Position numbers and translations under genes: made by a program. Positions 45,677-54,579 of a DNA stretch of 64,000 nt are shown piece by piece. The DNA is from a virus. How positions within the stretch are numbered: position 1 is the stretch's first letter; every line of letters starts with the position of its first letter. The stretch covers positions 1-64,000 of IMG/VR virus record IMGVR_UViG_3300012944_000025, one strand, 5' to 3'. The notes below the pieces were generated by a model. It worked only from the letters and a program-made list of their open reading frames with translations, was not told where the DNA came from and ran no database searches.

Positions 45677-46510
45677 ATGTACTCGACACGCGTCTTGAAG
45701 GACTCGCTCGCACCCTGCGGCAAGCGGCTGACCACCTGGGAGCTTACCTACCCTCGGTTCGTTCACGCCGAGCTGATGACGCACCGGATGTTCAGCCGAA
45801 ACAGCGCGTCCAGCCGCGCGATCCCCACCGAGAAGCTGATGGCTCGGGTCCGGGAGGACCCCGCGCTGCCCCAGTGGTGGGGCAGGAACCAGTCTGGCAT
45901 GCAGGCGAACGAGGAGCTGGACGGCGCCTCGCGGGCCGAGGCCGAGCGCCTCTGGCTGGCCGCACGGGACCAGATGCTCGTGGCCGTCGAGCAGCTCGGC
46001 AAGGTCGGGCTTCACAAGCAGCTCGCGAACCGGCTCATCGAGCCGTGGATGTTCATCACGGTCCTCGTCTCCTCGACTGAGTACAGCAACTGGTTTCACC
46101 TGCGCAACCACCGCATGGCCCAGCCGGAGATTGCCTGGGTTGCCAGGGCCATGTGGCAGCACTACCAGGAGCACCGACCGACCGAGATTCCCGAGGGTGG
46201 GTGGCATCTTCCGCTGGTCCAGCCCGAGGAGGTCACCGCCCTCGGCGAAGTGATGGCGAAGAAGGTGTCCACCGGGCGCTGCGCCCGCGTGTCGTACCTG
46301 ACCCACGAGGGTGTTCGCGATCCGGACAAGGACGTCGAGCTGCACGACAGGCTGTGCTCGGGGCCGGCGACCGGCGAGCCCGGCCACTGGTCCCCGTTCG
46401 AGCACGTCGCAATGGCGCTCGTGGAACCCGTGCGCAGCGGCAACTTTTTGGGTTGGGCTCAGTACCGAAAAGCGTTCGACACGGAGCACTTCGGCGATCG
46501 GATGCCCTAA
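45677..46510 (+). CDS. thyX: FAD-dependent thymidylate synthase (phage type)
   Basis: RLTTWELTYPRFVHAELMTHRMFSRNSASSRAIP...HKQLANRLIEPW...RCARVSY...HWSPFEH; GGAGG upstream. Confidence 0.92.
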   Translation: MYSTRVLKDSLAPCGKRLTTWELTYPRFVHAELMTHRMFSRNSASSRAIPTEKLMARVREDPALPQWWGRNQSGMQANEELDGASRAEAERLWLAARDQMLVAVEQLGKVGLHKQLANRLIEPWMFITVLVSSTEYSNWFHLRNHRMAQPEIAWVARAMWQHYQEHRPTEIPEGGWHLPLVQPEEVTALGEVMAKKVSTGRCARVSYLTHEGVRDPDKDVELHDRLCSGPATGEPGHWSPFEHVAMALVEPVRSGNFLGWAQYRKAFDTEHFGDRMP

Positions 46511-46840
46511 CGCTCGGCTAGCGTGAAGTGGAACGGCCAGTCGACCTCGACACCTAGGCCGTCCCCGCAGGTCCCCCGATCCCCGATCCGCTCCCACTCC
46601 TCGAACGCGTGCGCCATGGTGTCGATTCGATACCGGGCGACGTTGGTCAGGTAGGCCTCGAGATCCCTGATTCGAGGCCCCGCCAGGGTCTTCACCGTGT
46701 GAACCGCGAGCACGCACGCCGCGCACGCAGGTGACCACGTCTCGATCCAGATCCTCCCGTGCGGGCACGTGCGGCATGGCAGGCAGTACGCGGACGCGCC
46801 CACCGTCTCGAGGTCCTCGACGTTGCCGCATCGGAGGCAC

Positions 46841-48208
46841 TCAGGCTCCCTGGTCGGCCTCCGTCTTCGCGACATTCGCCGAAGAATATCTTTCCGCGTC
46901 AGCTCGCGCCAGCGCCCCATCTTCGGTGTCGAGCAGCGCGCTGGCGAGCACCGCGGCCTCGCCGCGGGCGGTGCGCGCGGCCTCGCCCTTGGCCACGGCG
47001 AGGACCACCTGGAACGCCGCGAGGGTGAGCAGTCGACGGTCGATGCCGATCATCTTGTTGTCGTCGATAGGGCGGCACGCGGACTTTCCCGCGAACTCGA
47101 CGACAACGTACTCGCGCGTGACCAGATTGACGACCTTCAGGACGCCGCGCTCGACCTCCGTGAGCTGCGAGGGCAGGAACCGCGCTCGAACCTGACCCTC
47201 GAGCGACGCCTTGGCGTGCTCGGGCGACAATCCCGTCTTCGCCAGCAACTCCCGCAGCGTCGCGTTGACCATCGTGGGCTTGGCGCCGAGGCTGGTGATC
47301 TCGTCCGCCTCGGCCATGGTCGACACGGGCACCGCGTTGTCGCCGTGCTCGGCCACGAACTGCGCCTTCATGTGACCCACGAGACGCTCGTCGGTGCGCC
47401 AGCGGAAGTGGCGGGACTCGTCCGCGTTGCTCTTCGCGAGGTCGTACGCGCGGCGGGCCAGCGCCTCTCCGGCGTGCTGGACGTCCTTTCGCCCGCTCAG
47501 CACGCTGGCCCAGAGGTCGGACAGCGCGGTCCCCAGCGTCCACTCGTCGATCATCTGGCGATCTCGGTCGAGCTGGATGTCGCGCAGGTCGTACCCGCAG
47601 TCGAGCCGCTCGAACCTGCGGACGAACACCCCGCGGGCGTAGACCATTCCGCGCCGATCCTCCGAGAGGATCAGGGACCCCTGGTCCACCGCGACGACCT
47701 CGTCCGGGGGCGGCGGCGTCAGGAAGAGGAACAGCGGGCGCAGGGCGTCCCACACCTCCTTGGTGACGTTGTCGATGGTGACGACGAAGTCCGGGGTCGG
47801 CGTGATCGCGCGCGAGTAGAACGTCAGCAGCTCCTGCCCGGACAGCGGGCCGTCCTCGACCCGGTCGAACGTGCACTTCCAGCTCGTGTCCGCGTTGCGA
47901 AACGCCACGGGATGCCCGGCCCGGGTGAGCGCCATGCACCCGATCGCGAAGCCCTCGCCGAAGCGCCCGCGGACGTCGCGTCCCCGCTTGCCGCTCTTGC
48001 CGAGCACCAGCAGGGTGGCGGGGTCCACGATCGTCTCGCGCGTCTTGATGACGAGCTGCGACCTCTCCTTCGAGTGCTTGATCTCCATGGCGTTGCGCGG
48101 GTTCAGTTCCTCGGCGTCTTTGGCGTTGGAGATAAGCTCGCGGATCCCCTCCCACACGCCCCATGACCCGCAGTACTCGGTGTCGATCGTCAGCTGAATC
48201 TTCGACAT
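46841..48208 (-). CDS. GHKL (HATPase_c) ATPase domain protein
   Basis: IRELISNAKDA (N box), LGKSGK, GRFGEGFAIG (G box). Confidence 0.8.
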   Translation of the reverse strand: MSKIQLTIDTEYCGSWGVWEGIRELISNAKDAEELNPRNAMEIKHSKERSQLVIKTRETIVDPATLLVLGKSGKRGRDVRGRFGEGFAIGCMALTRAGHPVAFRNADTSWKCTFDRVEDGPLSGQELLTFYSRAITPTPDFVVTIDNVTKEVWDALRPLFLFLTPPPPDEVVAVDQGSLILSEDRRGMVYARGVFVRRFERLDCGYDLRDIQLDRDRQMIDEWTLGTALSDLWASVLSGRKDVQHAGEALARRAYDLAKSNADESRHFRWRTDERLVGHMKAQFVAEHGDNAVPVSTMAEADEITSLGAKPTMVNATLRELLAKTGLSPEHAKASLEGQVRARFLPSQLTEVERGVLKVVNLVTREYVVVEFAGKSACRPIDDNKMIGIDRRLLTLAAFQVVLAVAKGEAARTARGEAAVLASALLDTEDGALARADAERYSSANVAKTEADQGA

Positions 48209-48251
48209 TTGAATCTCCTGGTTTGCTTGATTGACTCAAGCTTCGGACTGT

Positions 48252-48268
48252 TGTTTGCTGGGTAAACA
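48252..48268. promoter_or_regulatory. 17-bp palindromic operator-like site
   Basis: TGTTTG-CTGGG-TAAACA; a second palindrome GCTTGA-N5-TCAAGC lies at 48225-48241. Confidence 0.55.
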
Positions 48269-48290
48269 CCTCCAGGACGGAGGGCACCCG

Positions 48291-48488
48291 ATGGCACGAC
48301 CGATGAATGTCGACAAGAGAGTGGCCGCGATCGCTCAGATCACGCGGCGCACGCGGCTCAACGCCGCGAAGGCTCGGCGCATGGCGGACGAGCTGACTCG
48401 GTTCCCCCGCGGCGGCAAGGCGCAGCGCGCGGCCGAGCGCGCCAGGGTCCTCGCCGACGGTCTCGAGCAGGCCATCAAGGCCGCCTGA
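48291..48488 (+). CDS. Small basic protein
   Basis: MARPMNVDKR...; GGAGG upstream; TGATG overlap with the next gene. Confidence 0.6.
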   Translation: MARPMNVDKRVAAIAQITRRTRLNAAKARRMADELTRFPRGGKAQRAAERARVLADGLEQAIKAA

Positions 48489-48883
48489 TGTTCCGACCCG
48501 TCAGCGCGCTGCCGTATCGCCTGGTGTCGCGGAACGCCCAGGCGCTGCTCATCCGGAGGCCGCCGGGCGGCCTGCTGGCCGACGACCTGTCGGCCTGGGA
48601 CGGCCGCGTGGCCGCGTGCCTGGCCGACGTCGCCGCGCACGACCTTCGGGGCGTCGTGCGGGACGTCCTGAACAACCCCCAGATCCGGGCGATCGTGTTC
48701 GCCCACGCGCCCCGCTGCCGAGAGACCTACGCCGCGTTCTGGGCCGGGTCCGACGGGCTCGAGGGCATCGACGACGAGCACGTCACGACGGTCCGGCAGT
48801 TCGTGGATTTGTACGACGACGACTTCGCGCTGCGCGGACCGCAGCAGCCGTTCTCTCCCACCAGAGTCATGTACCTCCGTTGA
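48488..48883 (+). CDS. Hypothetical protein (weak MtrA-like motif)
   Basis: LRGVVRDVLNNPQIRAIVF resembles the N..NPNIR.L motif of MtrA-like domains. Confidence 0.5.
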   Translation: MFRPVSALPYRLVSRNAQALLIRRPPGGLLADDLSAWDGRVAACLADVAAHDLRGVVRDVLNNPQIRAIVFAHAPRCRETYAAFWAGSDGLEGIDDEHVTTVRQFVDLYDDDFALRGPQQPFSPTRVMYLR

Positions 48884-48894
48884 AAGGACGTCAG

Positions 48895-49638
48895 ATGCAG
48901 CGCAACGTCATCGGCATCTTCGGCAAGTCGAAGTCCGGCAAGAACACCGTCGGGGACATGATCGCGTCGACGTGCAAGGGCACGGTGCAGATCGCGTTCG
49001 CCGACAAGCTCAAGTCGGTGTGCATGGAGCTGTTCGGGCTCACGAGCCAGGACCTCAACACCGACGAGGGCAAGGCCAAGCCGACCTCGCTGCCCTGCCC
49101 GACCTGTCCGATGTGCAGGAGCATCAACGTGGTCGCCGCGCCGACGATGCTCGCGTTCGCATCGTTCTATGACCAGCCGGTGGTGAACCACAAGGGCCCG
49201 CGCCAGGCCGAGTGCAAGGCGTGCGGCGCGGTGGGGTCTCCCGATTCGTTCGTCGGGTTCTGGACCCCGCGGATGATCCTGCAGCACGTTGGCACGGAGG
49301 GCATCCGCCGCGTGGATCCCCTGGCCTGGGCCCGATTCACAATGAAGACCGCCGTGACCGCTCTCGACCGAGGCGTCGAACGTATCATGGTGGTTACCGA
49401 TGGGCGATTCCGATCCGAGCTGGACGCGGTTCGCGCGGCCGGCGGCATCGCGTGGCGGCTCCGCAGGCCGGAGACCGATGACGCGACGACGGGCATCGCG
49501 GGCCACGTCTCCGAGGTCGAGATCGACGGGATCCCGGACGGGGACTTCGACGAGGTGATCACGAACGACGGCTCGCTCGACGACCTGTTGCACGCGGTCA
49601 AGGCAGCGCTGGCGCCTGCTCCCCCGCGCGCGGCCTGA
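48895..49638 (+). CDS. Deoxynucleoside monophosphate kinase with zinc-ribbon insertion
   Basis: GIFGKSKSGKNT, AFADKLK, TPRMILQHVGTE, VTDGRF..E, HVSE; insert CPTCPMC...CKAC. Confidence 0.85.
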   Translation: MQRNVIGIFGKSKSGKNTVGDMIASTCKGTVQIAFADKLKSVCMELFGLTSQDLNTDEGKAKPTSLPCPTCPMCRSINVVAAPTMLAFASFYDQPVVNHKGPRQAECKACGAVGSPDSFVGFWTPRMILQHVGTEGIRRVDPLAWARFTMKTAVTALDRGVERIMVVTDGRFRSELDAVRAAGGIAWRLRRPETDDATTGIAGHVSEVEIDGIPDGDFDEVITNDGSLDDLLHAVKAALAPAPPRAA

Positions 49639-49853
49639 CTATCTCAAGACGATCGTTACGATGCCCTTGCAGGGCTTGTTCTTGTCGTCTCGTCGCTGAA
49701 CAGTCCCGCAGCAGGCGCACGAGTTGAAGTCGTCGTCGCGGAACTTGAACCAGCAGTGCTGGCCGGGATATCGCGCTACCCACTCGGTTTGCGACGCGCA
49801 ATCCCCCGCCAGAAGGGCTTCGGCCATTCTGGCCTTCCAGACCTCGGAAGACA

Positions 49854-50177
49854 TTACTTGTCGCTGTCGTAGTGAGCCTGGGCCTCGCGGCAAATCTCGT
49901 CAAACCGATCCACGCCGCCGGGGAACGTTCGCCGCATGTGGATGGTGGCGACGGCGACGGCGAACACCTGCTGCTCGACGGAGAGCCCGCGGTTCGCCCC
50001 GTCGGTTCCCACGCGCTCCAGCAGAGCGCGGCTGAATTCGTCAGCGTTGTCGAGGTGATCGACGCTGTTGAACACCTTGGCGGCCACTGCGAGGCCCCGC
50101 GCGATCTGTTCGGGCGAGGCCGTTTGGCCGTCGCTGTACTTGACGTACTCGGATGGGATTGGGTCGAACTTGTTCAC
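49854..50177 (-). CDS. Hypothetical protein
   Basis: GTG start VNKFDPIPS... Confidence 0.55.
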   Translation of the reverse strand: MNKFDPIPSEYVKYSDGQTASPEQIARGLAVAAKVFNSVDHLDNADEFSRALLERVGTDGANRGLSVEQQVFAVAVATIHMRRTFPGGVDRFDEICREAQAHYDSDK

Positions 50178-51099
50178 GGCTTGTCCCTCCTCAGGGTGCA
50201 CAGCTTGACGACGCCGGCGCCGGTCACGATGTGTGGCTTGGCCAGCTCGCCAGGCTCGGCCCGGCGGACACCGTCGGGGAACGTCTGTCCCGGATGCTCG
50301 ACGTTGGGATAGATCGACTGGGCGGCGCACCATCCGTGGCGCCCTTCCTTTCGATTTCCGCCGACGACGATGGGGTCGTAGTGCGCGCACGTCGTGCAGG
50401 GCTTGTCGCTCATGTGGTCCTCAGCATGGGTGTGACTCCGTTGGCTCGCAGTATCGGCGCGAGCTTGGCGTCGCGTCCAGCGGTCATGAGGGCTCGAGCC
50501 AGCACCAGCGTCCCCTGGTTCAAAGTCATGCTGGCGAACGACACGGTGTACCGACCGCAGGACAGCGCGGCGGCCGGCTCGTCCTTGGGTAGCATGTCGT
50601 CCTGGGTGTACACCGCGCTGAGCAAGCGTTGTGCCCGGGGGAGCGAGGCCGTGGCCTTCTTGAGCGCGGTCACGCACCGGGCAAGGCGTCCGAGCGCGTC
50701 CTCCGGCTTGTTCACGTCGGTTCCGACGATCTCGATCGAGCACGAGCGGAACCGCAGGATGCAGGCCCGCGACGGACGCAGGTCCGCGTCCATGTCCTTG
50801 TCCGACAAGTCGATTCGACCCTTCGGGGGCTCGACGGGAACCGCCCGCAGTGGATCCACGATGCGCCACGGATCCTTCACGTCCTGATTAGCATACCGGA
50901 CAACGAGGTGTTTATGCAATCGATGTGGGCCAGCTCGAACTCATCGCCGATCAGGGCGTCGATGCTCTTGGTGCTCGGGTTGCGTCCGATGCCCTGCACG
51001 ATCATCGCCATCTGCACGCGGTCCCCCGGAGAAAGCAGCTTCCTGCATCGCGCACAGGTGGTGGCGGGGACGCGTTGCTTGAGGATGTCGAGGGTCACG

Positions 51100-51786
51100 C
51101 TACTCCTCCATGCCAGGGATGGGACCACGCGAGGCTCGAACCGGCCCGAACGTCCTGCGATGAACCTGGTCGAGCAGGCCGTCGCGTTGCAGCTGGTCGA
51201 GGTGCTTCGGCGTGGGATACCCGCGATTCTTGTCGAATCCCCACCCCGGATACTCGCCCGCGATTCGCGTGACATGGCGGTCATGGCACGCCTTGGCCAC
51301 GATCGACGCCGCGCCGATGCGCCAGTCGAGCGCGTCGCCGCCGGGAACCATGCGAACGGGGCAGGGGACGTCTGGCCTCGCGAGGTCCCCGTCAACCAGA
51401 ACGAGAATCGCGTCCTTCTCGATATGGAACTTTCCGGGGTTGACCGTCATTACCAATTGCTCGACGCAGCGCTGGATGGCGAGTCGCAGAGCCTCGGGAA
51501 ACACCTCCCGCAGAAGCCTGGCGTCGATCTCCGCCGCGGAACGCTCGATGATCGCGTGCGCCACCGCGGCAGCCCGGATCGCGAGGTCGAGCGCCCCGCG
51601 CTGCTCGGGTACCTTGATCTTTTTCGAGTCGTCGGCCGCCAGCGTCTTGACGCCGCGCACGCCGCGCCACGCCGTTGTCACGCGGGGCGCGTCCGCGCGG
51701 AACGCGACCGCGGCGACCACGAGAGGGCCCGCGATCGCGCCGCACCCGACTTCGTCGACGCCAATTACATAGCGGGGTTCACTCAC
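51100..51786 (-). CDS. rnhB: Ribonuclease HII
   Basis: IGVDEVGCGAIAGPL, DDSKK, LVDG, IGAASIVAK, NRGYPT..H, HRRTF. Confidence 0.92.
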   Translation of the reverse strand: MSEPRYVIGVDEVGCGAIAGPLVVAAVAFRADAPRVTTAWRGVRGVKTLAADDSKKIKVPEQRGALDLAIRAAAVAHAIIERSAAEIDARLLREVFPEALRLAIQRCVEQLVMTVNPGKFHIEKDAILVLVDGDLARPDVPCPVRMVPGGDALDWRIGAASIVAKACHDRHVTRIAGEYPGWGFDKNRGYPTPKHLDQLQRDGLLDQVHRRTFGPVRASRGPIPGMEE

Positions 51787-52007
51787 TTGCGAAGCCCAAG
51801 GTGTTGCATTATTGCTGCATCCATTCCGTGCTTGAATGCGAGATTCTCGGCCTTGAGGGGACTAATACCGACAAGACATGTCATGCAATTTATTTCAGCG
51901 TCTGTTTCCACGCCTACCTTATAGGCACTACATACGGTTCCCCAGGGCGCCGCTTCGTGAACTATGCCGTCTTGCTCAATGTGTAAGCTACTTGTCGAGG
52001 TACCCAT
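51783..52007 (-). CDS. DCMxC zinc-finger family protein (AT-rich isolated copy)
   Basis: DGIVHE...TVCS...INCMTCLV. Confidence 0.75.
   Translation of the reverse strand: MGTSTSSLHIEQDGIVHEAAPWGTVCSAYKVGVETDAEINCMTCLVGISPLKAENLAFKHGMDAAIMQHLGLRK
51973..51989. promoter_or_regulatory. 17-bp palindromic operator-like site
   Basis: TGCTCA-ATGTG-TAAGCT at the 5' end of a small ORF. Confidence 0.4.
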
Positions 52008-52163
52008 TGAACACCTTCCTCGGAGGGCTTCGTCTGCTGGTTAGCTTGACGGTTTTTCCGCACGGGCACGTTGCCGTCTTCTGGCCGCGCTTGGCCGCGA
52101 CGCGGCGCCCGCAGGAGCAGGTGCGCACGCGCAGCCCCCGCGGCCGGCCCTGCCTGCGCGACG

Positions 52164-52412
52164 TCACGTGTCTTCTCGAACCACGCGATCCGCGCGCGGG
52201 CATCCCGGGTGGCCGATCACCCAGTGAACGTCGAGGGCGATCGCCAGGTTGTGCACGTGCCGAAAGCTTGCGGTCGACCTGCCGTGCTCGATCGCGGCGT
52301 ACTGCGGTCGGGACAATCGAATTCTCTTAGCGAGCTGCTCCTGCGAGAGCCCGCGCGCCTCCCGAACGGCCTTCAGCTGCTTGATGAAAGTCTCGTACGG
52401 GTTCGCGCTCAT
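52164..52412 (-). CDS. XRE-family helix-turn-helix regulator
   Basis: LKAVREARGLSQEQLAKRIRLSRPQYAAIEHGR. Confidence 0.9.
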   Translation of the reverse strand: MSANPYETFIKQLKAVREARGLSQEQLAKRIRLSRPQYAAIEHGRSTASFRHVHNLAIALDVHWVIGHPGCPRADRVVREDT

Positions 52413-52413
52413 G

Positions 52414-54477
52414 TCAGACCGCCTTGCGTGCGAAGTGCTTCGCGAAGAGAGGGAGATACCGCTCGCACATCTCGATGTCGGTAGTCACGAGCCCTCGAGA
52501 CCAGGGGAGAGCTTGGAGCACCATGCCGCCGTACCGCTTGGTCCAGATCCTGTTGTCGAGGATGGCCAGGCAGCCCCTGTCGCCCTTCGACCTAATCAGC
52601 CGGCCGCTGCCCTGCCGGAGGTCGATCAGCATGTCCGTCATCTGTACTTCGACGAACGGGTTCGTCGACAGCTTCTCTCGCGCCTTGACGATTGGATCGT
52701 TGAGCTGCGGGAACGGCAACTTCGCGATGATGACCAGACGCAGCGCGCCGCCGACGACGTCGACGCCCTCCCAGAACGACTTGCTTCCCACGAGGATCGA
52801 ATTATCCACGCTCCGGAACTTGTCCAACGCCGCCGGCGGGTCCCCGTCCCACTCGTTGTTCCGATGGCCCTGCGCGAACGTTCGCCCGGGGAAGCGGGCC
52901 TTCAGTGCGCGCGCGAACGCGTCCAGCTCCTCGTTGGCCGTGGTCAGCACGAACGCGCCGCCGTCGGACAGCTCGACCAGGCGGACGGCGCGCTCAACGC
53001 GAAGTTTGAGCGCGTCGAGGTAGGGTCGATTCTCGTCGTCGGTGGCGTTGCGCGCCGCGCGGTTCACCTGCGCCGCATCCTTGGGCACGTACACGAATCC
53101 CTGCGCGTCGTAGTCGAACGGGCTGGCGAGCACGTCTACGATGTCCGGCTTGATGCCCGTCATCTCCTCGAGGTGCTCGAACGACCCGTTGATCGCCAGG
53201 GTCGCGCTGGTCAGGATCTTGGTCTTCACGCCGCTGAAGAACGAGCCCATGATGCCCGCGAGGCTGACCGGCGAGCAGTACAGCTGGAAGCCGAAGCGCT
53301 CCTCGTTGCTGCCGTAGATCGCCGTAGACCTCAGGATCTTCGCCTTGCGTTGCTCGTACTCCGCATCCTCCTCGGTCTTCCTCCTCGGCACCCGGCCCTG
53401 CGCGAGCTGGAGCCCCCGCGTCAGGTCGTCGAGCTTGCGACGCGAGCGGATCATCACCGACAGGTCCTTCTGCAGGTCAGGGCTGTAGTCGTCGATCTCG
53501 GCCTCGTCCTGGTCCTCCCCGAGGCCGAACCGCTCGAGAGTCCCGTCGACCTCGGTCCGCGCCTCGTCGAGCGCAACGAACACCGCGTTGGTGGCCTCCT
53601 CGTCGTCGCCGAACACGGGGACCTCGCGGAGGTGCGGCTCGCGCCAGTGCGTGTTGGGGACCCGGTCGAACAGCTCGCCCCAGACGCGGACGAGCGCCGC
53701 GTTACGCGGGAACGTACTGAACGTTCCGTTCAGCTGCTCGCTGATCTGCTCGACCACCTTGCGGGACATTCGCGTGGTGAAGGCCCCGCGCACGCCGTCG
53801 GCGAGCTTGTGCGCCTCGTCAACGATCAGCACGTCGTAGGGTCCGCCCACGAGCCGGCCTTGGCCGAATCGCATCTCCACGCCGAGCACGTGGTGGTTGA
53901 TCACCACGATCTTCGACTGGGCCATCTCCTTCTTCATCCGCATGTAGCCGCAGTCCCCCGCCTGGGGGCACCTGCGCCCGACGCAATCCTCCGCGGAGGC
54001 CTCCGGCCACCACGTCGGCGTCGCGCCGTCGTAATCGGCTCGATCACCGTGTCGGCTGTCGGCCAGGAACCGCATGTAGCCCGGGCCAGGGTTGCGCTCC
54101 TGCGCGAGCACGCGGCACGCGTAGTTGCCGTTGCCCTTGCGCGAGGTCGACACGATTTGCGGGCGCCCCTCGGCGTCGATGAGCACCGTCTGAAGGTCCT
54201 GGCCGATCGCCTGGGCGAGCGCCGGGATGTCCTTGGTGACGATCTGGTCCTGCAACTGCTTCTTTGCCGTGGCGATGACGATGCGACGGCGAGGCTCGAG
54301 CAGCGCCGGCAGCATGTACGCGAAGGTCTTTCCCGTGGCCACGCCAGCCTCGACGAAATAGGCGAGGCCCTCCTGGAGGGCGCGGGTGACGTTGTTGGCC
54401 ATGTGGATCTGCGGGGGGCGGATCTCCCGCACGAGCCCCTGCGACGGATCCGACAGCAGGGCTATGGCGTCGCGCAT
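52414..54477 (-). CDS. dinG: DinG-family ATP-dependent DNA helicase
   Basis: EIRPPQ (Q motif), EAGVATGKT, four Cys for Fe-S, IVDEAH, TSATL, SPFDY, SFWEGVDV, KLPFP, QGSGRLIR. Confidence 0.92.
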   Translation of the reverse strand: MRDAIALLSDPSQGLVREIRPPQIHMANNVTRALQEGLAYFVEAGVATGKTFAYMLPALLEPRRRIVIATAKKQLQDQIVTKDIPALAQAIGQDLQTVLIDAEGRPQIVSTSRKGNGNYACRVLAQERNPGPGYMRFLADSRHGDRADYDGATPTWWPEASAEDCVGRRCPQAGDCGYMRMKKEMAQSKIVVINHHVLGVEMRFGQGRLVGGPYDVLIVDEAHKLADGVRGAFTTRMSRKVVEQISEQLNGTFSTFPRNAALVRVWGELFDRVPNTHWREPHLREVPVFGDDEEATNAVFVALDEARTEVDGTLERFGLGEDQDEAEIDDYSPDLQKDLSVMIRSRRKLDDLTRGLQLAQGRVPRRKTEEDAEYEQRKAKILRSTAIYGSNEERFGFQLYCSPVSLAGIMGSFFSGVKTKILTSATLAINGSFEHLEEMTGIKPDIVDVLASPFDYDAQGFVYVPKDAAQVNRAARNATDDENRPYLDALKLRVERAVRLVELSDGGAFVLTTANEELDAFARALKARFPGRTFAQGHRNNEWDGDPPAALDKFRSVDNSILVGSKSFWEGVDVVGGALRLVIIAKLPFPQLNDPIVKAREKLSTNPFVEVQMTDMLIDLRQGSGRLIRSKGDRGCLAILDNRIWTKRYGGMVLQALPWSRGLVTTDIEMCERYLPLFAKHFARKAV

Positions 54478-54498
54478 CGCTGGCTCCTTTCTAGATCA

Positions 54499-54515
54499 TG
54501 TTTATTCGGTAAACA
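54499..54515. promoter_or_regulatory. 17-bp perfect palindromic operator-like site
   Basis: TGTTTA-TTCGG-TAAACA at the dinG / tail-module divergence. Confidence 0.65.
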
Positions 54516-54579
54516 AGCTGGGCGTCGTGATAGGATCCGGCTCACCGATGCTTCTACCAAAGGGGAGCGAGGATTCACG

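Larger units (their letters stand above)
23784..51893 (-). repeat. Dispersed copies (~13) of the same DCMxC coding repeat
   Basis: Copies near 23784, 26215, 28203, 28385, 30056, 30401, 32009, 32359, 32502, 33062, 34875, 37311, 51870. Confidence 0.9.

Noticed and set aside
43612-48287. Long overlapping ORFs 43612-45180(+), 44786-45676(+ extension), 45632-46840(- extension), 46769-48166(+), 46899-48287(-)
   Set aside because: Stop-poor shadows typical of high-GC DNA, overlapping better-supported genes such as thyX and the GHKL ATPase.
1-54477. Diversity-generating retroelement or integron cassette array
   Set aside because: No reverse transcriptase or integrase in the window, no near-identical TR/VR pair differing at adenines, and no attC-like inverted repeats between genes, which mostly overlap.
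52249-54579. N-terminal ~777 aa of the 985-aa plus-strand ORF
   Set aside because: Antisense shadow of dinG; the real gene most likely starts at ATG 54580.
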